From NCBI GenBank assembly GCA_007280935.1, contig QYQK01000012.1:1022-65021 (forward strand): 64,000 bases of DNA, given 5' to 3'. The notes below the pieces were generated by a model. That model made no database searches. It had not been told where the DNA came from and saw only the letters and a program-made list of their open reading frames with translations. Source of the DNA: Opitutales bacterium (GTDB taxonomy: Bacteria; Verrucomicrobiota; Verrucomicrobiia; Opitutales; UBA953). This document shows, one piece after another, positions 30,927 to 38,617 of this stretch (positions within the stretch are counted from its first letter, which is position 1; each line of letters begins with the position of its first letter). The position numbers and the translations under genes were made by a program.

Positions 30927-31478
30927 ATGTCCGGTCACCCTGCCTTATTTCTTGATCGCGATGGGAATCTGATTCGAGACCATCACCATACCTGCCGGGA
31001 GGATCAAATTGAGCTGATAATAGGGGTAAAGGAAGCCTTGGAGGCCTGCCTGCGGGCTGACTACCGTTTATTCATTCTCACCAATCAGAGCGGAATTAAT
31101 CGAGGATTTTTTACCTGGGAGGCTTACGAGGCCTGTAATCGCAAGATGCTGGAACTACTAAATTTGCCCGCCCCAGGCATTTTGGAAATCAAAGCCGCAC
31201 CCGAACGCCCCGATGAGCCCTCCCTTTATCGCAAGCCCAGTCCGAGATTTATTCAGGAAATGGCCGCAAAGCATTCCTTGGATCTCGGTAGATCGTGGAT
31301 GATTGGCGACCGGCGCTCGGATTGGGAGGCCGGAATCAACGCTTCGATCAACGCTTGTGCGGTGCGTAGTGGAAAGCCGCTGGAGGCAGCGGACGAGGCT
31401 TTTGCGCACACGAACGGGGTGGTTGTCCGCGCGGATTTCCCCGATTTTGTGCGACAGGAATTACTCCTCCGATTTTGA
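30927..31478 (+). CDS. HAD-IIIA phosphatase, GmhB-like
   Basis: ORF 30837..31478 with an ATG at 30927. It has the LFLDRDGNLI, ILTNQSGINRGFF and MIGDRRSDWEAG motifs. The Zn-binding cysteines of canonical GmhB are absent. Confidence 0.7.
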   Translation: MSGHPALFLDRDGNLIRDHHHTCREDQIELIIGVKEALEACLRADYRLFILTNQSGINRGFFTWEAYEACNRKMLELLNLPAPGILEIKAAPERPDEPSLYRKPSPRFIQEMAAKHSLDLGRSWMIGDRRSDWEAGINASINACAVRSGKPLEAADEAFAHTNGVVVRADFPDFVRQELLLRF

Positions 31479-31484
31479 AACGGC

Positions 31485-31520
31485 ACAAAAAAGGACTCAC
31501 GGTGAGGTGAGTCCTTGTTG
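31485..31520. terminator. Bidirectional intrinsic terminator between convergent genes
   Basis: A perfect 9-bp stem, AGGACTCAC (31492-31500) with GTGAGTCCT (31507-31515), has a 6-nt loop. An A-run lies on the left, giving a U-tract for the minus-strand transcript. TTGTTG lies on the right. Confidence 0.65.
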
Positions 31521-31543
31521 CGAAGTCCGATTAAAGACCGGGC

Positions 31544-31852
31544 TTAGGCCTTAGGCTTTTCGTCGGGGCAATTTGGGCACTTCTTTTCGCCGTCCTTCTT
31601 TTCTTCTTGGGTGGCAGGCGCTGCCGGAGCTGCAGGCGCGGTAGCCGGAGCCGCTGGGGCATCCTTTTTTTCGCACTTACCGCAATGGGCGATGACGCCG
31701 AACTGCTCGATGGAAGCCTTAGGCTTTTCGTCGGGGCAATTTGGGCACTTCTTTTCACCGTCTTTTTTGACTTCGTCGGCACTGACGACAGCGACAGAGA
31801 GGGCGAGGGCGCCGCAGCTGATGGTGAGGAATTTGAGGAACTTGGATTTCAT
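31544..31852 (-). CDS. Small secreted Lys/Glu-rich protein with three CxxC motifs and an internal repeat, function unknown
   Basis: ORF 31544..31894. The ATG at 31852 gives the signal peptide MKSKFLKFLTISCGALALSVAVVSA. The mature part contains KKDGEKKCPNCPDEKPKA twice, plus HCGKC and a Pro/Ala linker. Confidence 0.6.
   Translation of the reverse strand: MKSKFLKFLTISCGALALSVAVVSADEVKKDGEKKCPNCPDEKPKASIEQFGVIAHCGKCEKKDAPAAPATAPAAPAAPATQEEKKDGEKKCPNCPDEKPKA
31548..31601. repeat. Intragenic direct repeat, copy 1
   Basis: The first 41 nt (GCCTTAGGCTTTTCGTCGGGGCAATTTGGGCACTTCTTTTC) are identical to 31716-31756. Three mismatches follow in the next 13 nt. Confidence 0.85.
31716..31769. repeat. Intragenic direct repeat, copy 2
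   Basis: This copy lies 168 nt (56 codons, in frame) from copy 1 and encodes the same 18-aa peptide. Confidence 0.85.
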
Positions 31853-31864
31853 AGGTGAGAATTC

Positions 31865-31894
31865 ATAAGATGATTCATTCCGCCCCGCTGTCAA
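31865..31894 (-). promoter_or_regulatory. Candidate sigma70-type promoter of the small CxxC gene
   Basis: On the minus strand a perfect TTGACA (31889-31894) is followed by an 18-nt spacer and TCTTAT (31865-31870), 12 nt before the ATG. This would give a very short leader. Confidence 0.3.
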
Positions 31895-31927
31895 CTCGCC
31901 CGACGCCTTTACCCGTTACGTTTACCT

Positions 31928-32719
31928 TTAATTAAGGTTAAGTTTCCGCAACTCCGGGAGGGTGTCGACTAAACCGCTACCTGGTAGCCAGCGGCTGCCC
32001 GCCGAAGTTTCAAAAACCTTACCGGTTTCAACGCATTTAAGTTTATTAACGACAGGGATTTGCAGCATCTCATTTCGCTGGCGTTGGGCCGCGATGATTG
32101 GCCGGTCGGCGGCGGCATTATCAATCCAAAGAACGGCATCCGGTTGGGCTTGGACGATCATTTCCCAGTCGAATTTTAACCAGGTCCCTGTCGGTAAGGC
32201 TGACTTAAATCCTCCGACGGCCAAGATGCTGGAGAGATAGGAGTCCGGCCCGGCCATCACGCCGTCCCAAATAATAATAATCGTTTTAGGCGGGACCTTT
32301 GCGCCGGCCTTCATTTGGCGAGAGAGTTTCTCGGCGGTCGTGGTTTGATGGAGTGCCACGCCAATGGCATCGATATCTTGGACGACCGAAGCCGGACTCT
32401 CGGCATTAAGTATCAAGGTCGTAAGCCCGGCGGAACGGCATTTCTCCGCCCAGAGCGGATTAGCCATGCGTGGCAAGATAACCAAAGTCGGTCGCAGTTT
32501 CTGTAACGCTTCCAGGTCGGGCAGGAAAATATCGCAACTTCGTTGGGCGGGATGGGCGGTTGGCAGCGGACACCAGCGTGTCGCGGCCACGATTTGATCG
32601 CCGCTTCCGAGGTCGATGATGGTCTTGGTCGCTCCGGGGCTGAAACTTGCGATACGCATTTCTGCGGCGGGTGCCAAAATAGCCAGACCCCATCCGATAA
32701 TAAAAATCAAAACCCGCAT
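31928..32719 (-). CDS. Periplasmic substrate-binding protein, BtuF/FhuD-like (Peripla_BP_2 type)
   Basis: 263-aa ORF with a signal peptide. RIASFSPGATKTIIDLGSGDQIVAAT and LQKLRPTLVI are typical of cluster-A binding proteins. Its ATG shares one base with the pdxA TGA. Confidence 0.75.
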   Translation of the reverse strand: MRVLIFIIGWGLAILAPAAEMRIASFSPGATKTIIDLGSGDQIVAATRWCPLPTAHPAQRSCDIFLPDLEALQKLRPTLVILPRMANPLWAEKCRSAGLTTLILNAESPASVVQDIDAIGVALHQTTTAEKLSRQMKAGAKVPPKTIIIIWDGVMAGPDSYLSSILAVGGFKSALPTGTWLKFDWEMIVQAQPDAVLWIDNAAADRPIIAAQRQRNEMLQIPVVNKLKCVETGKVFETSAGSRWLPGSGLVDTLPELRKLNLN

Positions 32720-33623
32720 CAGGCCGAAAGAACTTGGGCGAGACGGATGGCCGAGGCGAGGCTTCCGACGTCAGCCAAATTGCGCCCGGCAATTTCATAG
32801 GCCGTACCGTGATCCGGGCTTGTGCGGATGAAGGGCAGGCCGAGCGTCAGGTTTGCGGCACTTGCGAAATCGACCGTCTTTAGCGGGGCCAAGCCTTGAT
32901 CGTGATACATCGCGACGACCGCATCGAATTCGCCTTCAAGGTGGCGGTGAAAGACCGTGTCGCCAGGAAGGGGGCCGCTGACCTTATTCCCTTCGGCGCC
33001 AAGCTGTTTAATGACGGGACGAATGAGGTCATCGTCTTCGGTTCCGAGTAAGCCCCCTTCGCCGGCATGCGGATTAAGTCCGCAGACGGCGATGCGCGGT
33101 TGGTTGTCGCCCATTTTTTTGCGCAGATCAATCAGCGCAAGGATGGTCCGCCGAATGGCTGCGGGCGTAGTCGCGCCAGCGACGGAACGGAGTGGCAGAT
33201 GCCAGGTAACCAAACCGACCGTCATTCGTCCGCCAGCAAAGGCCATGACGGGTTCACCTGCCAGCGGGCTGCAAAAAATTCGGTTTGGCCGGGAAAGGGA
33301 TAGCCCACCTCGGAAAAACCTTTCTTATTGATTGGGCCAGAAACAACGCCACCAAACCGGCCTTCCGTAGCCCCCTTGGCGGCGGCTTCCATCGCTGCGA
33401 GTGCCAGGCGATGACCTTCGGGCGTAGGTTTCCCTGGGATGATACTAAAATGATCAGCACCGACGACGATGCCACTGATACCAAGTTGTTCGATCCATTC
33501 CGCCGGGCCGATGGGTACGATACCTTTTGCCTCCTCGGGGTGGCTCCTTAGCCATTTTGTGATGAGTTCAGGGCCGACGCCCGCGGGGTCTCCGCAAGTG
33601 ATCGCTAGCGGTTTTTTATTCAT
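32719..33623 (-). pseudogene. pdxA: 4-hydroxythreonine-4-phosphate dehydrogenase PdxA, reading frame broken by a 1-nt shift
   Basis: ORF 33222..33623 carries the PdxA N-terminal half, ending ...FPGQTEFFAARW. ORF 32719..33246 carries the C-terminal half, starting (AGEPV)MAFAGGRMTVGLVTWHLPL. The frames differ by one nt and the junction lies around 33246-33280. Confidence 0.75.
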
Positions 33624-34399
33624 ACGGGTGAGGCGAATCGTCCGCGTTTGCCGCCGAGGAAGAAGTGCAAGAAAGCCAAAGCTTCGGGCGTTTGATACTC
33701 TCCGCTGTCGATGGCCAGTTGCGCTTGGGTGGTGCAGGTGGTCCCTGGCGAATAAACCTGATGATAGGCCCGTTTAAGCTCCGTGATGCTGGCGGCGCTG
33801 ATGGCTCGGCGGCGCAGGCCAATTAAATTTAACCCCGCAAGTTCGTTCCGACCATGAGCGAGAACCTGAGGGGGAACGTCTTCGGTGATCACGGCATTCC
33901 CGGAAGTGAGCGAGCCGGGTCCGATTCGGCAGAATTGGTGCACGGCCACGCCGCCACTGATGAAAGCGCCGTCGCCGACTTGGACGTGTCCACCGAGCAT
34001 GCAGCCATTGGCGAGGATCACCGCTTTGCCTAAGCTGCAGTCATGGGCGACGTGACTTCCGGCCATGAGGAATCCGTCTGGGCCGATGATAGTGGCTTGG
34101 TCGGCTTGGGTTGCGCGGTGGATGGTGACATGCTCACGGATTACGGTGCGTGCCCCGACTTCAACGCGGGAAATGATTTGCGAATCAAAAGCGAGATCCT
34201 GCGGGTCCCCGCCGACGATCGCAAAATGATCTACCTTTACTCCGTCGCCCAATACCGTGCCGGGTTTAATGATGGCATGCGCGGAGATGGAGCAGCCTTG
34301 GCCGAGTCGGACACCAGCCTCGATGATGGCAAAAGGGCCGATGGTGACCCCTGTCGCAAGCACGGCCGAAGGGTCGATTTGGGCGGAGGGGTGAATCAC
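33620..34399 (-). CDS. lpxA: Acyl-ACP--UDP-GlcNAc O-acyltransferase
   Basis: 259-aa ORF with a GTG start. It has hexapeptide repeats from the N-terminus (IHPSAQIDPSAVLATGVTIGPFAII) and an LpxA-type C-terminal helical domain. Confidence 0.9.
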   Translation of the reverse strand: MIHPSAQIDPSAVLATGVTIGPFAIIEAGVRLGQGCSISAHAIIKPGTVLGDGVKVDHFAIVGGDPQDLAFDSQIISRVEVGARTVIREHVTIHRATQADQATIIGPDGFLMAGSHVAHDCSLGKAVILANGCMLGGHVQVGDGAFISGGVAVHQFCRIGPGSLTSGNAVITEDVPPQVLAHGRNELAGLNLIGLRRRAISAASITELKRAYHQVYSPGTTCTTQAQLAIDSGEYQTPEALAFLHFFLGGKRGRFASPV

Positions 34400-35007
34400 T
34401 TGGCGGGCGGGTTGGTGCCGAATAATTCCAGTTGGGCGGCTTTCACCATATCGTAGAGCCGCAGAAGCCGAAGCAACTGTAACGTGTCCGATTTCGCGTA
34501 ACTTTGATTCGATTCCACGGCTTGAACCAAATTTTCCAGGATAGTTCGAAACGTTAGGACGTGGTCCACGCCGCTTTCCCGAAGTAGGGTGATGCTTTCG
34601 GAGCGTTGAGGCTCTTGGGCGGGGATGCCCGGCAGGATGAGAATTTTGGATAACGATTGGCCTTCGCGTGGCGTTAGGTCGGCAAAGGCATCGCGGGCGG
34701 CTTCCACGGCCTCTTTGCGGACGAACTCCAGTAGATCGCCCTTTTTGATCATCGAAGGCGTGATGGTCTTGGTGGAGTGCCAGGCCTTCACGGCCACAAC
34801 CGCGGTGGTAAGACCGGCTAGGTCGGAGCTAAAAAGCTGAAAAGGCAGTTCGGCGCCGCGACGCGGGGTGGGGTTGATGACCAAAAGGTCGCCTTCCTCA
34901 TCGGCTCGCTTCCGCCTAGACTGCACAGCGTATTTGCGAGACTGGCGCACAAAAAAGCCATTCATCTCGAAATATTCGCGGACCAGACTGTCGTCGAAAC
35001 CCGCCAT
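34396..35007 (-). CDS. Hypothetical protein with a PD-(D/E)xK-like N-terminal pattern
   Basis: ORF 34396..35061 (TTG) with an ATG at 35007. The pattern LVREYFEMNGFFV...GDLLVIN...AVVAVKAW resembles a YraN/Hjc-type nuclease core, with the acidic residue of the ExK replaced by Ala. Confidence 0.55.
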   Translation of the reverse strand: MAGFDDSLVREYFEMNGFFVRQSRKYAVQSRRKRADEEGDLLVINPTPRRGAELPFQLFSSDLAGLTTAVVAVKAWHSTKTITPSMIKKGDLLEFVRKEAVEAARDAFADLTPREGQSLSKILILPGIPAQEPQRSESITLLRESGVDHVLTFRTILENLVQAVESNQSYAKSDTLQLLRLLRLYDMVKAAQLELFGTNPPAK

Positions 35008-35057
35008 TATTAATAAGGATGCAGGCGAAGGGGATGATTGGTCAACCCGCGATACGC

Positions 35058-35786
35058 TCAAAGCCCAAACTCTGCCGGTGCGATAGCCACGGTAAACTCA
35101 CCTTTAAGTGAGCCGGCTTTGAGGGCGGGCACTAGCTCGCGGAGCGGGGCGGTGCGAATCGTTTCATGGAGCTTGGTGAGCTCGCGTCCGACACAGACGA
35201 CGCGGTCGGCACCGAGGACTTCCAGCATCTCGTCAAGAAAGTCGCTGATGCGGTGGCAGGATTCGTGGAGCACCACGGTTTCGTCTGCAGTTTTGATCGA
35301 CTCAAGAAACCGCATGCGGGCGGCAGATTTAGGGGGCAGGAAGCCGATGAAACGGAAGGCGTTGGTCGGTAAGCCTGATGCGGACAGGAGCGCGATGATG
35401 GCGCAAGGGCCAGGCAGTGGGGTGACGGTCAGACCTCGCTTCCGGCACTCGCGCGTCACGCGAAAGCCCGGATCACTAATACCAGGAGTTCCGGCGTCGG
35501 TGATCAATGCGATGTTGGCTCCCCCTGCGATTTTATCGGCGATTTGGACTGCCACTTCTTTTTCATTATGCTCGTGGTAAGCCAGCATGGGCTTCGAAAT
35601 GGATAGGTGTCGGAGAAGACCGCCCGTCACGCGGGTGTCTTCGCAGGCCACCAAATCGCAGGTGGCGATGGCTTCCTTAGCTCGAAGCGTGATGTCTCCG
35701 AGGTTGCCAAGCGGGGTGGCTACGACCCAGAGTCTGCCAGACGAGCCAGGGGGATTTCCTCTGACGCCTGCAGTCTTTTCAGGCAT
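35058..35786 (-). CDS. rsmI: 16S rRNA (cytidine1402-2'-O)-methyltransferase
   Basis: ORF 35058..35837. The ATG at 35786 forms a TAATG overlap with the upstream mini-ORF. LWVVATPLGNLGDITLRA...CEDTR is typical of RsmI. Confidence 0.9.
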   Translation of the reverse strand: MPEKTAGVRGNPPGSSGRLWVVATPLGNLGDITLRAKEAIATCDLVACEDTRVTGGLLRHLSISKPMLAYHEHNEKEVAVQIADKIAGGANIALITDAGTPGISDPGFRVTRECRKRGLTVTPLPGPCAIIALLSASGLPTNAFRFIGFLPPKSAARMRFLESIKTADETVVLHESCHRISDFLDEMLEVLGADRVVCVGRELTKLHETIRTAPLRELVPALKAGSLKGEFTVAIAPAEFGL

Positions 35787-35953
35787 TAGCGGTAACCTGA
35801 CCCTGGCGTGTTCATTCCCGGAAGTCCGCCTTGCCAACTCGCTGGCTGAGACTGCGGGAGCATTGAATCGGACGGCTTCTCGGTGGTCTCACACCCGCTG
35901 AGGCCAATCACGGCCGTCAGTATCGCAAGAAGAGTTAGAAGCCGAACGGTCAT
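35786..35953 (-). CDS. Small lipoprotein (55 aa), not in the ORF track
   Basis: My own translation is MTVRLLTLLAILTAVIGLSGCETTEKPSDSMLPQSQPASWQGGLPGMNTPGSGYR*. It has the canonical lipobox LSGC. Its ATG overlaps the upstream TAA (TAATG at 35951-35955), and its TAA overlaps the rsmI ATG (TAATG at 35784-35788). Confidence 0.55.
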   Translation of the reverse strand: MTVRLLTLLAILTAVIGLSGCETTEKPSDSMLPQSQPASWQGGLPGMNTPGSGYR

Positions 35954-36879
35954 TAGTTGCTGGCGAGTTTACCTGCACCAGAGACCAATTTAACGGTGAC
36001 ACCGGTGGAGATGTCTCTAAGCAAATCAGCCCCGGGCAGGATTTGCGCATAGGTGACGCCCGTCTTGACGGACAGCACGCTCACGGCACCGATTTTCTTT
36101 CCATCCAGATAGACTTCGAAGCGACTTTCGGGTTTCACGCCGTTGATATCTCCGACGGAGAAGGCGATATGTCCCGTGGAGTGGTCGAGTGCGATGATTT
36201 TGGTTAGGATACCTTCGTCGCTCGTGGCGCTACCTCCGGCGACCACCGTTTCGGGCGCAGCCTCATTCAGGGGGTCGCGAGGGAAGGGTGGGCGAGTTTC
36301 ACTCCGTCCGGCCGCCCAACCGTAGAGTTGGACGTATTTTTGAACGATGCGGTCGCGGGTTTCTTCAGCTTTGGTGGCCTTGGTGGCGTTTTCTTCCATC
36401 TGCTCTTTGGTGAACAGGCCAGCGACTTTTTCTTTCTCCTTCACGAGTTCTTCCTTGGCGGAACTGAGTTCGGCGACCGCGGAATCCTTCTTGCTGTTAG
36501 CCTCGGTCAGTTGGCCAGTAATTTCGTCGCGCTTCCGGGTGAGTTCGGCCCGTTCGCCTTCCAGAGTGGTGACATTAGCCGTCAGGCCTTCGATCTTGGT
36601 CTTTTTATCGGCCACATCGGCTTGCAGGTCTTTGACGTTTCCTTCGAGGCCTTCGGACTTCTTCCGTTGGCCATTAACGATGTTTTGCAAGGGGGCTCCC
36701 AGGTGAGCCATGCGTAAAGAGTAATCCGCGGGGGCTTTGATTTCGGGGTCGAGCGTCGTCCAGGCCGTGCTCGCGGTCGCAGCGGTGATTTTACCTTTCA
36801 GGGAAAAGGCGAAGAAGAGGGCGGCACCGGCAGCAGCGAAGCCGATGATGCGAATGAAAGTGTTGAGCTTTTTATTCAT
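35953..36879 (-). CDS. Membrane-anchored coiled-coil protein with a C-terminal beta-rich domain, function unknown
   Basis: 308-aa ORF. It has an N-terminal TM helix (FIRIIGFAAAGAALFFAF), a coiled-coil of about 130 aa (LEGNVKDLQADVADKKTKIEGLTANVTTLEGERAELTRKRDEI...) and a C-terminal beta domain. Confidence 0.65.
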   Translation of the reverse strand: MNKKLNTFIRIIGFAAAGAALFFAFSLKGKITAATASTAWTTLDPEIKAPADYSLRMAHLGAPLQNIVNGQRKKSEGLEGNVKDLQADVADKKTKIEGLTANVTTLEGERAELTRKRDEITGQLTEANSKKDSAVAELSSAKEELVKEKEKVAGLFTKEQMEENATKATKAEETRDRIVQKYVQLYGWAAGRSETRPPFPRDPLNEAAPETVVAGGSATSDEGILTKIIALDHSTGHIAFSVGDINGVKPESRFEVYLDGKKIGAVSVLSVKTGVTYAQILPGADLLRDISTGVTVKLVSGAGKLASN

Positions 36880-36910
36880 GGGGGAGGGGAAGTTGGGGTA
36901 AGAGAATTAA

Positions 36911-38506
36911 TTAAGAATGACGAAAAAGGGTCAGGCTTGGATCAGGGTTTTCTTGTTTTGATACAGACCCGGGGTTGGCCGAAATATGCAGGAGTACTTT
37001 GAACACCAGTTCCTCCGACCCGACAAGTCCAATTTCCTTGCAGAGGGCCTCGGTGGAAACCCATTTCCCCTTAGTTTTTTCGAGTCCGGCGAGCGCCTGG
37101 GCTCTAACCTTAAGCGTATCGGCGGCGGCCTTCTTGCCGGCTTCGACCCCAGGCTGGTGGTAGGCGTTGATGCCCAACAGGCTAGCGTAGAGTCCGACGG
37201 CACGTTCGAAGAGAGCGATGAGCATTCCCACGGTTTTGGCATCCACTTGCTCAATTGTGAGCGTAATGCTCGGCCGTCCGTTGCCGGAAAGGGCTTCGCG
37301 CGTTCCAAGGAAGAAGGCCTGAAGGTAATCGCCGGAAGAAACACCGACTTCGACTTCGACGCTTGGACCGTCTCGATCCTTGAGCACCTCGATAAAGACA
37401 GCAAAAAAGTTATTCACACCGTCACGCAATTGTTGCACATAGGCGTGCTGGTCAGTGGACCCTTTGTTGCCGTAGACCGTGAGTCCTTGGCTCACCTTCC
37501 GGCCATGTAAGTCCAAATCCTTGCCGATCGATTCCATCACGAGTTGCTGCAAGTAGCGGGAGAAAAGCACGAGACGGTCTTTGTACGGCAAGACTACCAT
37601 GGCTTTGCTGCCGCGTCCTTCGGTGAGATGGTGCCAGGCGAGGGCTAATTGTGCCGCGGGATTTTTGCTCGCAACGGGGATGCGGGTGAGGCCGTCCATG
37701 GTGCGGGCTCCTTCGATGAGCGATTTGATATCTATGCCTTGAAGGGCTGCGGGCAAAAGCCCGACCGGACCTATCTCACTGGTGCGCCCGCCCACCCAAT
37801 CCCACATGGGGAAGCGTGCCAGCCAGCCGTCTTTGAGTGCGACTTGGTCGAGCTGACTGCCGTCTCCGGTTACCGCCACCGCATGACGCGCAAAGGATAA
37901 TCCGGCTTGCTTCCAGCGCAGCGCGGCTTCGATTTGGCCGTTACGGGGTTCAGGGGTGCTGCCCGACTTTGAAGTGACGATGACCAAGGTCGTGCCCAGG
38001 CGATTTCCCAGGCCGTCAATCACCCGGTCGATGCCGTCAGGGTCGGTGTTATCGATGAAATGGACGCAAAGTTTATCGGTTTTTTTTCCTAAAGCATCCG
38101 CGACGAACTGAGGGCCGAGCGCGGAGCCACCAATACCGACGCAAAGAAGATCTGTGAAACTGCCGTGAGCACCTTGAATTTGACCGGCGTGGATTTTCTG
38201 CGCGAACGCCATGATGTCGGCGATGGCCTCGGTGATGGCGGTGCTGATTGCAGGAGTGGGCGAAAGTTCGGGCGTGCGTATCCAGTAATGCCCGACCCTG
38301 CGTTTTTCGTCAGGATTTGCGATTGCACCCTTCTCGAGGGCGTCCATGTCGGTGAAGGCTTGGGCCAGCGCGGCGGCCATTTTATTTTCGAAGTCAACGG
38401 GTGCCGGAGCACGACTGAAATCGATGGCGAAGCCATGCTGTGGGAAGTTTAATAAATGCTTCCGGAACTGGTTGAAGGAATTATTCACGGGAGAATATCT
38501 TCTCAC
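36911..38506 (-). CDS. pgi: Glucose-6-phosphate isomerase
   Basis: 531-aa ORF with a GTG start. It has RRVGHYWIRTP, GIGGSALGPQF and TSKSGSTPE motifs. Confidence 0.9.
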   Translation of the reverse strand: MRRYSPVNNSFNQFRKHLLNFPQHGFAIDFSRAPAPVDFENKMAAALAQAFTDMDALEKGAIANPDEKRRVGHYWIRTPELSPTPAISTAITEAIADIMAFAQKIHAGQIQGAHGSFTDLLCVGIGGSALGPQFVADALGKKTDKLCVHFIDNTDPDGIDRVIDGLGNRLGTTLVIVTSKSGSTPEPRNGQIEAALRWKQAGLSFARHAVAVTGDGSQLDQVALKDGWLARFPMWDWVGGRTSEIGPVGLLPAALQGIDIKSLIEGARTMDGLTRIPVASKNPAAQLALAWHHLTEGRGSKAMVVLPYKDRLVLFSRYLQQLVMESIGKDLDLHGRKVSQGLTVYGNKGSTDQHAYVQQLRDGVNNFFAVFIEVLKDRDGPSVEVEVGVSSGDYLQAFFLGTREALSGNGRPSITLTIEQVDAKTVGMLIALFERAVGLYASLLGINAYHQPGVEAGKKAAADTLKVRAQALAGLEKTKGKWVSTEALCKEIGLVGSEELVFKVLLHISANPGSVSKQENPDPSLTLFRHS

Positions 38507-38550
38507 TTTGGGACCTGATTGGCAACCTTGGAAGGGTGCTTAAAGGGCAT

Positions 38551-38590
38551 AAATAAGCAAGGGGAGGGCCAGTCTCGGCCTTCCCCTTGC
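38551..38590 (-). terminator. Intrinsic terminator after ilvD
   Basis: The 14-bp stem (38557-38570 with 38577-38590) has one mismatch on the minus strand and is followed there by TTATTTAT. It lies 28 nt downstream of the ilvD stop. Confidence 0.6.
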
Positions 38591-38617
38591 GGAAATCGTT
38601 ACCGTTGAACGCTGCGC

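Noticed and set aside
31605-31680. Short GC-rich tandem-looking repeats (GCTGCCGGAGC/GCAGGCGCGGTAGCCGGAGCCGC) that might suggest a CRISPR or minisatellite
   Set aside because: They lie inside the small CxxC gene and simply encode its Ala/Pro/Thr linker (APAAPATAPAAPAAPAT). There is no spacer-repeat periodicity and there are no cas genes.
31531-31782. 83-aa ORF overlapping the small CxxC gene in another frame (also internally repeated: KRSAQIAPTKSLR twice)
   Set aside because: Its repetition is a by-product of the DNA repeat and it lacks a signal peptide. The CxxC frame has a proper signal peptide, an ATG and conserved-looking cysteine spacing.
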